DNA from: Wallemia ichthyophaga EXF-994
Lineage: Eukaryota > Fungi > Basidiomycota
Length of the DNA: 124,000 bases
NCBI RefSeq assembly: GCF_000400465.1
Contig: NW_008806280.1
Coordinates: forward strand, 144,001-268,000
Direction: 5' to 3'
Each line of letters starts with the position of its first letter. Positions within the stretch are counted from its first letter, which is position 1. Below the pieces are notes generated by a model. The model saw only the letters and a program-made list of their open reading frames with translations, was not told the DNA's origin and searched no databases. This document shows, in pieces, positions 78,714 through 92,482 of the stretch. A program made the translations under genes and the position numbers.

Positions 78714-81537
78714 TTAACTTTCAATCAGACCGAGTCTCTCCTTCGATCTCTTGCTAGCGCGATATAGCTCATGAAGAGCTTTCCTAACTCCATTAAAGTC
78801 ACAAGCCTCTATACAGCTGTTGTAAACATTTAGTAAACGCTAGTAGCCTATAAAAATCTAACTCACGACGTATACTTGTCAATGAAAAAGCTCTGATCCG
78901 CCATACCCACATTGACCAGCTTGGATTGCTGAATAATAGCAGGTATGACGTTTTTCATCAGCGCAGCATCGAACTCTGAAAGCTGTCTTAGGAGAGTGAT
79001 AACCGTACTGGTGCAGTCTTCCGGGAAGGTGTTGAGTAAACCTTGTAATAGTACTTTTGTTAAATTGGCGATATTAGTATGATTCGAGAGGGTGTTCTTG
79101 ATTGTATTTTTGTCCACTTCAACGTTGTCACCACTAGTTAAGTATCCAACTAATGATCTTATGAAATCCAATGAGATCAAGATTGTGTCAACACTAAACA
79201 ACGTTAATGCAGTGAGGGATAATTCGAAAATAGGCTGAATCACGCTTCCATTGATAACGAGTGCAGGTCTGAGATCAATGATCTGTAGTAATAAATGCAA
79301 ATAATCTTCAACTAAGTCAGGTATTTTGGTTGCATCAGTTGATTGTAAAATTGAGAATAATTTATTAGATATTTTGTTGAACGATTGACTTATAAGCTGT
79401 TTATCGTTAGCAGCATAGTTAAAAGCCTTGGTCAGCAACCAAATATACACTGATAGAGGATTTAAGTCGAATGAATTGGTCAGTAATTCAATTAACTTTG
79501 GTATAACTGTAACGACAGCCTGCTCATCGAAGAATCTTAATCCCTTTCTAAACAATCCACAGACTCTTTCGATCAAAGTCGCTGATGACCTATTATGATG
79601 GACAATAATACTTGCGAATACGTCATACAACTCATAAAAAGTCACCTGGCATTGGATTGGTAAGGGTGCGATTGGACCTGTGAAGGCAATGTAGCATTCA
79701 ATTTGCTCTATATTGATAATCAAGATCTTGATATCATCATGAGATAAAGTGCTCTTCGTGATAACCCCCTTGACATTATTCAAGTATGGTTGAGTGAACT
79801 TCTGTATGAGAGCCAACTGATCGTTCTTATCGCTGATGGACTCAATGACCAAAGAGATGGATTCGGAGATAGATCTGTGATCATCTTCTTGTAAACCAGA
79901 CTGAATTAGTTGATTGTTGAACTCCAATAGTTGAGGTAAATAAGGTATCAATTGCTTGTTGCAGTCTTCGCATAAGAACTTTAAAGCTTGCGAAGAAGCA
80001 GCAGGGATGTCAACATCCTTACAACTGAGATCGAAACCTGTTGTGATAAACGACATATAGAATGGAATGTGGTCAGGCTTTAAATTGATCCACTCAGTAA
80101 ACCTAGAAGCAACCAATATACCTGCATACTTGATTCTAGGATGTTGAGGAAGGTTTGGCAGCAAATTGAAGATGTTCTCTAAAATTTCATTGTCGCTCTG
80201 GTAATCGACTTTGGAGCCCATAGACCTAATTGAAAAGAGAGGCGCTTCAACTGATTGCCATTCATTTGAATTAATTGCAGTAAGAATCAAGGAATACGAC
80301 CTAGACAAGCAGTAGCTTGATCCTATCACAGTGCAACAATCTTTTAAGGTGTCACCAATGTAATGCCTAAATGATCTGAAGTCATCATACTCTTGAGCAG
80401 TGATAGTGGATTCATCGAGAGGAAATTTTAAATGATTGATGAAAATGTCAAGCAAAGACGAGTAGATTGGTACGAAATGCGGCTTTAAATCACTCTTTAT
80501 GTCCAGAGAATGAGCCAGCTTGTACCAGAAGTTGAAGGTGATCTGGGCTATGTCTAAATCGTGATAGGATGATGATGAAATAATGGCTTGAATGACATGG
80601 CTGAATGACGAAGGTGATGATAACATGAGCGGCAAGTAAGTTTCACCGACTTGGCAGTACAGTCTGGTGAAAAGTCTAACAGCGTCGTTATCTTCTTGGT
80701 CAATGTTGAGTGGCTTTGATAACTCTAATAAGATGACAGTGATTAGCTCGTTATTATCTTGTAGCTCTTGAGACTCATTGATAAGGACTATAAGAGTTTC
80801 AATACCAGACTCGACCAAACTTTCGTCTTGAAGTGAGTTTAAAAGGGAGGACAAAATGTTGGAATTAAGCAAAGAAGATGGAAAAATTTCGCCAGAGACT
80901 AGCCAAGATTTCAAGCAATTAAAGACTAAAGCATTGTCTGTGTTGCTATTGGCAATATACGAGTCCAAAAGCTGTAAGACTTTATTGGAGTTGTTGGTAA
81001 GGAGAGTGGATGAACGGTGAGAGAGCTGGTCGTAAGAAAGCTGAATTCTTTGATTATTGACTTCTTCAGGTAAAATGGTCAAAAAGTCAAGTAGAATGTC
81101 ATTATTTGCCGAGTAGAAGGACTCAACGTAATCAGTCACGGGATCTGACCAATCAAAGTACTGAATGGCCAAATCAGCTAACGATAAATTCAAATAAGTC
81201 TTCAAAACGCGTGGATGATTAGATTTAACTAAAGAGGAAAGCAAAGTGTCTTTAAGTGAGGATAGTGATTGATATGGCAACTGGTCGAAATCGTAGATAA
81301 TTTTTGATCTAAACGTCTGCACTGCGAATAGTTTTAATTCCAAAGGTAAATTATCCTCGACTAAGAGGTCGTTGGATATTTGCCATGCATCTTGCTACGC
81401 GAGTGGTTAGAAACGCAGGCCAAGCACGTGTAACTCACAGTCTGTTGAAACGATTGCAGATATTCATTGGCTAGTGATTTTTTGCTGTTATCTGCATCAT
81501 AGTATAAAATATTCAACGCCTCTATAACTTGAGCCAT
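78714..81537 (-). CDS. MTR10: Importin-beta family transportin Mtr10/TNPO3
   Basis: ANEYLQSFQ, KLFAVQTFRSKI, TFNFWY, FRHYIGDTLKDCC, EAPLFSIRSMG. Confidence 0.9.
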
Positions 81538-81558
81538 CACAAACGAGAAACAAGAATA

Positions 81559-82059
81559 ATGTCAAATATCAAGTTAGACGATATTCAATTTAAAAGATTT
81601 AACAAGCCATTGCCACCGAGATCTTCTCCTTTTAAATCTTTATCCTTACTTCTTGGCCTTTCTCTTTCATCGTGGGCCGTCTTCCTCACTTATTCAAACA
81701 ACGCCGAGAGGCTTTCTTCTTCCGTGGTGAAAGAGCTCATTAGGCAGAGCAAATTTCATCCTCTCACCAGAGATGTACTCGGTGCACCGATAAGACCCGC
81801 TTCAGATAACTGGTTTCTGTTGGGTGGTCTCTTAGGATCAACTTGGGTTAACGGCTCAGTTTCAATGATGCAAGGCAAGGTAGATATTAGTTTGAGGCTT
81901 AAAGGGTCTTTAGATTCAGGTACCGTGTACTTTACTTCAATTAGGAACTCAAATAAAGACAAGTTCAACATTCTGAGATACAAGTTGATCGACGATAACG
82001 GTACTCATCATAATCTATTGAATCAATCATCGATACAAGACTTTGAAAGCATTGAATAG
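81559..82059 (+). CDS. COA1: Cytochrome oxidase assembly factor Coa1
   Basis: TM then NAERLSSSVV, WVNGSVSMMQGKVDI, GTVYFTSIR. Confidence 0.82.
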   Translation: MSNIKLDDIQFKRFNKPLPPRSSPFKSLSLLLGLSLSSWAVFLTYSNNAERLSSSVVKELIRQSKFHPLTRDVLGAPIRPASDNWFLLGGLLGSTWVNGSVSMMQGKVDISLRLKGSLDSGTVYFTSIRNSNKDKFNILRYKLIDDNGTHHNLLNQSSIQDFESIE

Positions 82060-82063
82060 CTTT

Positions 82064-83378
82064 TTACTTGGCATTTACATACCCCAACTCATTCAATCCC
82101 TCTTTCACCACTTGTAACACTCTGTCCACATCTTGTCTCTTCTCATTCACTACACTTTCACCCATGTGTCCCACTCTCATGTATTGATCCTTGCAATCCT
82201 TATGCAATCCACCTGCAGCGACGACACCTCTCTTAACAATACACTTGAGTAAGTCTGCACCTTTTACACCGCTTGGATAGACAATAGTTGTCATTCCATT
82301 GGCTTGATATCCCTCATCACAGGCAAGCTGTTTCAATCCCCAGCTGTGGATAACTTTCTTGAAATTGTTTGAAACTTCCTTGTGCTTTCTGAAGCGATGT
82401 TCCAAGCTACAATGGCTATTCTCAACTATAGCCTTGAGTGTTGTGTTAAGTGCATATATCAGTTGTACTGGTGGTGTAGCAAAGTAGGCTGGTTGATTAC
82501 TCTCGTATGCTCTCATTACGGGCAGCCAGCGAGACCAGTTAGCATAGTAGCTTGATGCTGGTGATTTTCTAGATTGCTGTACTTTAATAGCTCTTTCAGA
82601 CGCCCAAACTAGCGATAAACCAGGTGGAGCACCGATTCCTTTCTGAGATGCGCTGACAATTACCTGTGCATTAACGTTAGAAGCAGGCCATATGTTAGCT
82701 TTCACCCACATCGATGCTCCAGTCATCGAATCTGATCAACTCCGATCCAACGCTACACACACCATCGAGTACAACTAAACAGTGAGGTTGCAATTGTTTG
82801 ACGACCTTTGCAACTGTTTCAATATCACTCAAAACACCAGTAGAAGTGTCTACGTGAGTTAAAGTGACTAACTTGTATTGCTTTTGCTTTAAAGTGTCTT
82901 GCAATTGATCAATCGAGACGGATCTACCGATTTGGCACTTTAGATGATCAACGTTGCCACCATAGACACTGAGGCAATTCCCAAACTCATCGCCAAAGTA
83001 GCCTGTGTTGATGACTAAGGCGTTATCGCCTGACTCTATAAGATTGCTGCCAACTTGATCCCAACCTAGTGTACCGCTGCCGGAGACGATAAATGGCTGG
83101 GCTGAGTCGCTGTAGACCAAGCTCCTGAGCATCTTGATACAGTGCCCAAACACAGGTATAAAGTTGGGTGACACGTGGGATACTGAGGGATGGGCATTTG
83201 CGTAAAGTACCTTAGATTATTAGGATTAGATTAATGTACTTGATGGGCTAGCAGAATAACAGCGCAACCCACTTCATCGGAAACTTCTATTGGTCCTCTA
83301 CATCAAGTCAGCCAACACAGGCAATGCACGTGTCACCTACGGTATAACCAGCAGCGAGTGGTCCTCTTGCTTAAACAT
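82064..83378 (-). CDS. AGX1: Alanine-glyoxylate aminotransferase
   Basis: LLVIPGPIE, GSGTLGWD, THVDTSTG, DGVCS, SASQKG. Confidence 0.92.
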
Positions 83379-83576
83379 TGGTGTAATTATATGTTGACTG
83401 ATTTGGTTCAACCGCTCCACTGCGTGCCCCGTCATTCTATACTATCTCCGTTTTCCTGTCACACGCCGATAAACGGGACTCCTTCGCGACACCGTGCAAA
83501 TGTCATTAAAAATTAAATAATTTACTCAAATCTGTACAGATGCAGTTTGCTATCCAATTTTATTCAATCGATACCT

Positions 83577-86500
83577 TTATTCTTCCTCGCCGGCGTAAGA
83601 AACATTTGCCTCAGCTGACTCGGCAATTTCATTTGTCTCATTTGTCTCATTTGTCTCACTCTTCAGCTGCTCCTCCGCATCCACTCTAGCTTTCCCTCCG
83701 ATGCTCCTGTTCGTGCGCTTCCTATAAAACAACAAGTACGCTGCTCGTGTTTTCACACTGTCTTTGTCCACCTTGGACACGAACGAGTCGTCGAAATGGT
83801 AGAACTCTTTAGAATCATGGTTGCGTGCGTAAGAAGTGTAGTGTCCACCACCGAGCCCACCGCTGTTAGTCGTTAGATAGTCAATCGTATCATCAACCAC
83901 TCCACCCACTAATGATTGTCGATGGCATACAGATCATACACTGCATCCTCTTCACTGTTCTCAATTCCAACGTCTGCTGGGTTGCCGCCGTTCAATCTAA
84001 TCTCTTTAGCCACTTGCTTCTCCCCAATCCTGTCATCGATATTGAATTCTTCCACAGGGAAGTCAACAAGCTGATCTAATTTATCGCGATTGTATCTCGA
84101 ACTTGCGAATCTTTTGAGGTGAACAACCAACACATCAGGTACTTTCCAGAGATCGAACTTCTTTGTTGCCTGTTGATGCTTTTTACATTTGGAACAATAC
84201 CAAAGGTCTTCTTCACCCAGCTTCTCTTCCTTTGTGAATTCGTCCAAGCAATCCTCAATTGTTATGTTCTTGCTTGGGTTCTTCACCGTCTCTCTCGACT
84301 GCACCATCTCTGGATCTTGGATTATCTCAAATTCTTCCCACTTTTCTGAACTGAGATCATTACCGAACACCTTCTCAGCTACTTCTTGATTCCATTCCAC
84401 TACAATAGCTTCGCCGAATTTTATTAATGAGATACTTTTCTGACGATCACTATCCACTGTCGAATACATTTCTTCGACGCTCTGTGAAGGAGTTGATTGT
84501 ACATCACCACCTTCTTTCATCTTGGAATCACCCTCCTCATCAATTTCCTTCACATCTTCAATATGCTCAATGTGCTCGATGTTTTGAGCGGCTTGTGCTG
84601 ATAAAGATGTAGATTGTAATAACTTCTCAGCGATTCCAGCCCTGACCTTGAGATCTGACTTTTTGTTACGTTCATATTGTGAGTTTCTTCCAGTGTTAAC
84701 ATCTGATGATCTAGAGAGGTAGCTAGAGCTGGATGGGGCTTCTAAATGTCTAAGTGTAACACTATCTCTATTGTCTTTGATCTGATTAAAGGTCCCTTTA
84801 TCTACGACAAAGTGTGCATACCTCTCCATGATAGCTTGGTAAATCTTGTCGAAATTCTGTGCATCAACTATAGGCAAAGCAATCATCATAGGTTTACCAA
84901 AAACATCACCGCTTGAATAAGTCGAAGAGTTGTCTTGGAATGCTGATGAGTATACAGGACATATCACCCAATCAGTTTCAAACACTCTGTTAACTTTATC
85001 CTTTCTATCTTGTGGTATGTGTATTGGTAACTCATAAACGAAGCATATATCACCTGTTTGCATTTCACTGACCAATTCATCGTCTAAGAATGTTTTGAAA
85101 ATATTTCCTTTGTACTCTTCAGCGACCCATAAGTTGGTTGATTCAACACCAGTAAGTGACGACACCTTATTCTTCAAACCTTTGAAAGATGAATTTGTAG
85201 AAAGCTCCAAGTCAATTCTTAACCTCTTTTTGTTATAATCAAATGGAATAAAGTAAACACTTCCATACCATTTTGACTTAATTGGCAGCGGTAACGTCAA
85301 ATACATGAATGGATCAAAAGTTATTGAAACCCTGTCACATTCAGGACAATTGACGGTAGATTTGAATTGACCTTGGAACAAATCAACAATAATACTATCG
85401 TTCCTTTGCTTATATAAGTCCCAGCAAACTTTGCCCAATTTTGCTACATCAACGGCACTACCGCCCTCCCAGTCAGGTATCTCAGTGTATGGCTTTTTCT
85501 TAATTCTGTTGAGATCTTCATGCAAGCCATCTAGAAGAAAAGCCAGAAACTCTTGCGTATCTTGCTGACCATAGCCTGCAAATGATGGTGCAAACTTAGA
85601 CAAGGTGTACTTGAATTCACGGGGTGCAACCGAGGATGAGACGCCGTACCAAAGTTTGTTAATCAATTGACCGAAGGATTCAGCTACTTGGCCTGACATA
85701 CCCAGTGGATTATCTGGGTTTAACTCTTTCTCGAAAAGTCCACTCAAGAAGTAAATACTCAGCTCTGACGTGTTACTCAAGCATTGTAAGGCTGAGTTCA
85801 TAAAGCAAGTGTTGCCCAAATTCTGCAATCCTACCAAACCTTTGGTTTTGACCTTTTGTTGAGATGTTTGTGAACGTGTCATCACTTTAGAGTCTTGAGA
85901 AGGATACTGCTGTTGTTGCTGCGATTCAAGTCTATCAATGAGGCCAGGTTTTCCGAATGGTTGACTCAGCATCTTTTGTTCGTAGTCGTCGTAAACCCAA
86001 TTGCCTAGTTTATCACAGACTTCTAAACAGAATGTCCCACCATCTTCGAGCATTGCTTCATTTATTTTCATGTTACCGTTTGACGTTTCAATGGCCTCTC
86101 TTTCCGAGTTGGGGAGGTAGTATAATGTATCAATCTTGATTGGCGATGAGATGTTGTACGGTACGCGCCAAAGACGTGCTCTATAGGAGATATCTGATGA
86201 GTCGTTGACCATGTCAGGATAGAGCGTTGCGATTGACATGTTGAGTAGCGTTGACAGTGGTGATTCGATTGAAAGGTTAAACTTTATCTCCTGCTCGGAT
86301 ACAACCAACGTAGATGACGATTGCGATTGTGATTCAATAGCTATAATTCTGAATGTAGGCGGGTAAAGTTCAACTCTCTCTGAATTTGCCATTTCCGATG
86401 TCTTAACGACTACACGCTGGATGAGAGGACCATTGTAGCCAAAGCTGATAATTTTATTAACTTGTTGAATCGATATTGATATTCAAAAGCACGTACCATT

Positions 86501-86927
86501 CGTCCAACTTCTTGTTAACGTGTTCCGGAACCATTTCAATATGCTCACCGAGTTGTAGATTTGGTAATAAATAGCAATCATCGGTAATAATTTCAGTTGG
86601 AATTGGACCAATTTCATCAGATATCTCGCCTTTTACGCGTTTTTCTAATAGATCGAGCCAATTTTTAGGGATAACATACCAAATGTCACCTTGCTCTAGA
86701 GGATAGGACAAAGCAGTGTAAATGAGATTCCAAATTTGAGATAAATCTTGAGAAATAGAGAGATCCTGAACGTTGTCTTGGATTGAAGGAGTTGTTGGCT
86801 GCTCAATTTCAATTTGAGCGTCGTCAGCGATTTCACCTTCGCGCTCTTCTGAGTTGTTGCGCTTCGAAGGGCTCTCAGAGTGATGTACACCTTCTAAATC
86901 TCTAAAGCTGCGCTTATTCGATACCAT
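83577..86927 (-). CDS. UBP12: Ubiquitin protease Ubp12 (USP4/15 type, DUSP)
   Basis: [43 protein letters not shown]. Confidence 0.92.
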
Positions 86928-87001
86928 CTCTGCGCGCGCGGATGATGATCGTTACGAAGAATTGAGCGGAGTACTCGCGTTTCTCCTAACAGTCATTTAA
87001 T

Positions 87002-87916
87002 ATGGAAGATATAAAGCAATTTTATTTTGAGGGTGAGAATTGCTGTATTCTGATTGGCCGAAGTAAATTTACATGCATTCCAGGCTCACATGAGCAAGTT
87101 ATCGACTCAGTTGATAGTTCAGCACTGGACACGCTCCAAGATCGCATTAATCTCATTTACTCTGTGAGATCTCATATCGCTCTTCAGAAAACTTTGCCAT
87201 ATATCCACCCTGAAGCCATTGAATCACACATAGAATTGCGGGTTTTGGACGCATATACCAACTACATCACCGCTAAAGAACAGACAGAATCTTTGGATAT
87301 CCTCAGGGACTGCTTGATAGAGCTTGAGTCTGAGGAGCATCCGTTTAAAGGTCTTCTCAGTGTTTTGGCTGCCTCAGTCTTCTGGCAGGGTGGTGAAATC
87401 GAAGAGGCGCTCTCAACTTTAGGCGCAGGCCAAGGTGTAAAAGATGTAGAATGCGTAGCTCTTCTTATACAGATCTATATCACCATGAACAGACTCGATT
87501 TGGCGAAGAACGAGTACCAGCACGCTCGTACATGGGCTGATGATAATTACCTCATTCAGCTGTCTGAAGCTTGGTTGGGCCTTGCTGGTGCATCCACATC
87601 CGCGAATATTGGTTATGAACATGCTTACTACATTCTCGAAGAACTCCCAGATAGAGAGAAGCCATACAATAAATTACTCAGAGCGATAGCTCACGCAGCA
87701 CTCAGTCACTTTGATGAGGCGCAGGTTGAGCTTGACGCTCTCAGTCTAGATGACGAAAACACGCTGACTAACACCATTGTCATTTCCACACACTTGAACA
87801 AAGATACCAAGACGCTGATTGATAAACTGCGCTCTATTAACTCAAACAACCCTCTTATAAAAGGATTAGATGCAAAGAGCAACGAATTTGACAGTCTATC
87901 AAAGCAATTTATGTAA
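87002..87916 (+). CDS. SEC28: Coatomer epsilon subunit
   Basis: KQFYFEG, ECVALLIQIYITMNRLDLA, IQLSEAW. Confidence 0.88.
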   Translation: MEDIKQFYFEGENCCILIGRSKFTCIPGSHEQVIDSVDSSALDTLQDRINLIYSVRSHIALQKTLPYIHPEAIESHIELRVLDAYTNYITAKEQTESLDILRDCLIELESEEHPFKGLLSVLAASVFWQGGEIEEALSTLGAGQGVKDVECVALLIQIYITMNRLDLAKNEYQHARTWADDNYLIQLSEAWLGLAGASTSANIGYEHAYYILEELPDREKPYNKLLRAIAHAALSHFDEAQVELDALSLDDENTLTNTIVISTHLNKDTKTLIDKLRSINSNNPLIKGLDAKSNEFDSLSKQFM

Positions 87917-87974
87917 AAGCATCACCAATGACTCAAAAATTTTCATGAATTCAGTTTCTAAAGATTAAAATAGT

Positions 87975-89005
87975 TTACGCGATACCAGCGGCCTTAGCTG
88001 ATTTGAGAATAGCAGCACCAATTTCACCTGGGGACTCAACAACAACTGCACCTGCGTTTCTGAGAGCGTTAATCTTAGTCTCAGCCTTACCGACACCACC
88101 ACCAGAGATGACAGCACCAGCGTGACCCATTCTACGGCCAGGTGGAGCTGAAACACCAGCGATGAAACCGACAATTGGCTTGTTGTGAATATTGTTTTGC
88201 TTGATGTATTCTGCAGCTTCTTCTTCAGATGAACCACCAATCTCACCAATCAAAACGACAGCCTCAGTCTTTGGATCGTGAAGCAAGAGTTTAAGGGCAT
88301 CGACGTGGGTGGTACCTGGGAAAGGATCACCACCAATACCCAAACAGATAGATTGACCCAAACCGACTTCAGAGGTTTGTTGGACAGCTTCATAAGTGAG
88401 AGTACCAGATCTAGACACGATACCGACCTTTCCTGGTGAGTGGATGTACCCAGGCATGATACCAATCTTGCAGCCGTCAGGATTTATGACACCAGGGCAG
88501 TTTGGACCAAGAAGACGAGATTTAGTTTGTTGGCGGAGTACGTGAGCAACCTTGATTTCATCAGCTTGAGGGATACCTTCAGTAATAGCGACGATCAAGC
88601 CGATTTCATTCTCGATGGCTTCGATTATAGCATTGGCAGCGAAAGGAGGAGGAACGTAGAGGACGGTAGCATCAGGTTTAGCTTCACGGGCAGCTTCCTT
88701 GACAGATCCGAAGACAGGTAAACCCAAGTGCTCAGTGCCTGCCTTTGAAGGACTGACACCGCCAACCATGTTGGTACCGTACGAAATGGCTTCTCTGCAG
88801 TGGAAGGTAGCAGTTTTACCTGTGAATCCTTGACAGAGAACTCTAGTGTCCTTATTTACAGCGAGGTTTGGGATGGATTGGTCGTAGAGGTTGTTCGTGC
88901 GTCTAGCAGAGGTGCTAAGAGAGCGGCGACCTTTAAGAATGTCAGCGTATGCTTAAAAAGCCTGTTAATCCACTCACCGACGCTGTTTACAAGATTTTTA
89001 AACAT
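87975..89005 (-). CDS. LSC1: Succinyl-CoA ligase alpha subunit
   Basis: [28 protein letters not shown]. Confidence 0.96.
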
Positions 89006-89312
89006 GATCGTTTTGGTGTAAGCGTCTATAGGAGCGGATGGGTTCACTTGCCGTGATTAACCGCAAATTTAACGAGCAGCGTGAGAGTGGATGTACAATA
89101 ATTTGCACCAAGCCAAATAGCGCTATTTGTACTTGAATATACAGCGCTGTGCCTTGTGTACTGTGTGCCCATCAACAATTCGTATAAACCGTATAAATGG
89201 GTTTGAGTATGAGCAAATACTACGCCAATCAAATATCGCTTGCAACTGTATCCCCCACATTCCCCTCGTACCTTCTCACGAATACCATCGCTTTTGAACA
89301 TTTACACCCAGG

Positions 89313-89694
89313 ATGGCCGAAAACGAGACGAACGCCAACGACGGCAAAGTAAATCTCAAAGTCGCTTACAGCCAGGGTATGTCTATAAGATATTCAAATA
89401 CGCGCATATTCTTATTCCACTCTTCTTCTCCCAGGCGGTAGTGAAGATGAAATACAATTCTCGGTAAAGCCAACAACAAAGCTTGGTAAAATATTTGCTG
89501 CTTTCTGCCAAAGAACTGGTCAAGATCAATGTGCGTTTCCTTTGCCCTTTTGCACCTCCTCTCACTCCACCACAGCCACTGTTAGATTCACATTCAACGG
89601 CGACAGATTGGATCCAGACGATACCGTCAAGCAATATGAAATGGAAGACGACGACCAATTACAGGCCCACGTCTCCCAAATTGGCGGCCTTTAA
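89313..89694 (+). CDS. SUMO-family ubiquitin-like protein
   Basis: Spliced: VNLKV..EIQFSVKPTTKLGKIFAAF..FNGDRL..EMEDDD..QIGG-L. Confidence 0.8.
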
Positions 89695-90013
89695 ATTCCT
89701 CACACCATCGATGTCCTCACGCCTAGTGAAAAGTTTCACCGAACGATTGAAGCATTGTGTATAATTAATAAATCTACCATTCCAGCACTCGCCGCTGTAC
89801 ATAAATTGTCCTATTTATCATTTTCCTTGTATGTCTGCTAGCAGCGCAACATAAACTTAAAGTTGTGCACATAAATTCATTCAAGTCGTGCGGTGGTGCT
89901 TAATTAGCACAATCATAAATACGCCTCTACATCGCGACGCGTCATCAGATATTTCAACCGTGATTGTGTTGTAAAGTAATAAGTTATGACAAAAAAATAC
90001 AAAATCAATCCTT

Positions 90014-92420
90014 CTACGCCTGTAAACTAGTCCAGTATGCATCTTGACTTGGGATCGACGATAGCCCAGTCGTATAAGCCAACTCAATCCCCCTATCGTG
90101 TATATAGTGATCGCTGATTCTGGTCCATGGTCCAGGTATACTGCCCTTGGTTGCATGGTGCGCCTCATAGAAGAGCTTTATCCCAGGCGCAATCGATGAC
90201 TTGCTCTCGTTGGACGTATCCATAATCATCACAGCTTGAACTACATCGAGTATCACCTGGCGCACTCGTCAGAGGTTTAAAGCTGTTAGAGGAAAACTCA
90301 CCTCCGTTAGTCCGATATTATGATTGTTGGTCTCCCAAAGTAATCTTGGTAGGTTGTTGAACCAACCTGTCAACATCTTATCCTGCTCTGAGTTGTTGAT
90401 CAATTTGAATTGCCCCTTATAATCCATTTCATATTGAGTCAGATAGACCCTGGCGATAAATTCCACAGACAACAACTTAGTCTCGGATTTAATACCCGCT
90501 TGAGTGCAGTGGGTGAGTAATGCTTCTAGAATTAATTTCGAAGCGTCGACTGAGTTTGGAAGATTCAATAAAGCCCAGAATGATGATACAAGACACCTGT
90601 ATGTGTCCGCAGTCACTGTTAATCCCATTGGTTGAGCAGCTGTTGTCATCTAGAGGATCATCAGCAAGAGATGATAGATAAGAGAAAAACTGACGTTTCC
90701 ACTTAACATACTGCTAAGCCACTCGCAAACATTATTCATCTGTACTTGAATGTTTTTGTCTAATTTTTGCTCACGCTTGCTAGCACCACTCGAAACTCCC
90801 TCTCTGGATGACTGCGACAACAACAAAGACGAGACTAATTCGCAGTATAGAACATTCAGCTGGAGCATGTACTGATCGACTTCCATTGCTTGCTTTTGAA
90901 GGAAGTCACCGCCAAATGGGAAGTACTTTGACATGTGAGTGAGAATTATACTCAACTCCTTCTCTATTATGTGTCTTTCTGAACAATTACGTAGCAAGTA
91001 GCCGTAAGTTTCCCTACATATTTCCACTACAGCCGTTATTGACTCCAGGTGGATCGAATCCGGGGGTGTATTGGACATGGTAAAGACCGAGGGTGCCGAT
91101 TCAAGAAATACCGAGACGATGACACTAAATAATGACTGAGTCAATGACTATATTATCGTCAGCTACCTATATGTCACTATATGAGACTTACCAAGACGTC
91201 AGCTTCAGCTGGTGTGAAATTCGAAGCTGATTGGGTGGATTCGAGCAACCCAATAGCATTGTTGAGCTCATCGGACGTCAAGCTACCACCAGCTTCCATA
91301 ATTTCAGACTTGTAACCGCTCATACATCCTTTCCAGGCATCATGACTACTATGCCATTGTACAGTTTCTTTACCAGTATCACAGTAAGCAGATCTCCGTA
91401 TACGTTTAACAAAAACGTCGAAAGCCGGCTGAGAAGCAAAAGCGGATGCAAATGGCCAAAGAGGTAGTTTGTCTGAGGCGTCGTTGGAAGAGAGGGCGGT
91501 CTTGAGGAACTTTGAGAGTGACTTGAGAACAACCAATCTAGACTGATGGTGTGTTAGAGTTGTATGTATCGAATGAAATAGCTCACCTTGACACTAAGCG
91601 TGAACATAGCATTGGCGGTAGTGGTGACGGTTGAGCCAGCAGCAGGACCCTTATCGTCGCCCTTTGCGCTAAGCAAAGCCAAGTAGCATTCAATAATCTG
91701 CCTGCCGCCTATAGACGTAGGATTGGTGGAAGAAGAAGCAACTGCCCAGCCATTTATGACGAATTGGGGAATGAAATCGATGAGAATGTCAAGGAACTTA
91801 ATGCTGTCCAATCTAACCTCTGGGAAAATGTGAGAGAGACCAGAAGCAGTGAATAAAAGAAGGATAGAGGAGTAAGGGGTCCAACTTGGCTTAGGGATTC
91901 TAGGAAACAAATCTGAAGCCAGGGAATGGAGAGCTCTACGAACGGCAGCATCTTCATCAACGATAAGCTTAGTGATACCATCGAATATAGATGTTAGATT
92001 TGGGTTTATTGTGCTTGGGTAGCTTGTTATCAATTCGCGAAGACCCAAAACGCCGTCTGGTGGGAGTTGGTAAATGGATTATTGGCTAAAGGATAGAAAG
92101 CCCACCTCTTCTCATATTTGGAGAATAATGCTTCAAATGAACCAACAAGTCTTTCAACGTTAAATTACGCTTTGTGTGTGGTTCATTCTCATCAACGTCC
92201 TTGAGAATACTCTGTCCAGGCAAAGCAACGGCTAATGTGGGTTAGATACACACACTATCAGTACACCCAACTGACATCTTGCTTTAAATGAAGTATTCGT
92301 CGAATTCGTTGCCGCCTGCTTCCCTTTACCAAGCTTTGTTTTCTGCTTCTATTTTACTTGTTAAATTATTCAAAATCTCAGGCAATCACAAACTCTGAAA
92401 TCTGGCGCCTGCTTTGGCAT
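90014..92420 (-). CDS. IPI1: Rix1 complex subunit Ipi1/TEX10
   Basis: DFRKQKTKLGKGK..TNTSFKARS, GLSHIFPEVRLDS. Confidence 0.88.
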
Positions 92421-92482
92421 CTTGGTGGTTAACACTCAACCATCATCTCCCACGCGTATACCCAATTCTCATTTATCAAAAT

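Noticed and set aside
64000-87000. GC trough as support for the centromere
   Set aside because: Sampled 60-mers were 23-28% GC at 79 and 85 kb but also 27% at 119.7 kb (57% at 27.3 kb), so low GC is not unique to the IR; needs a computed sliding window
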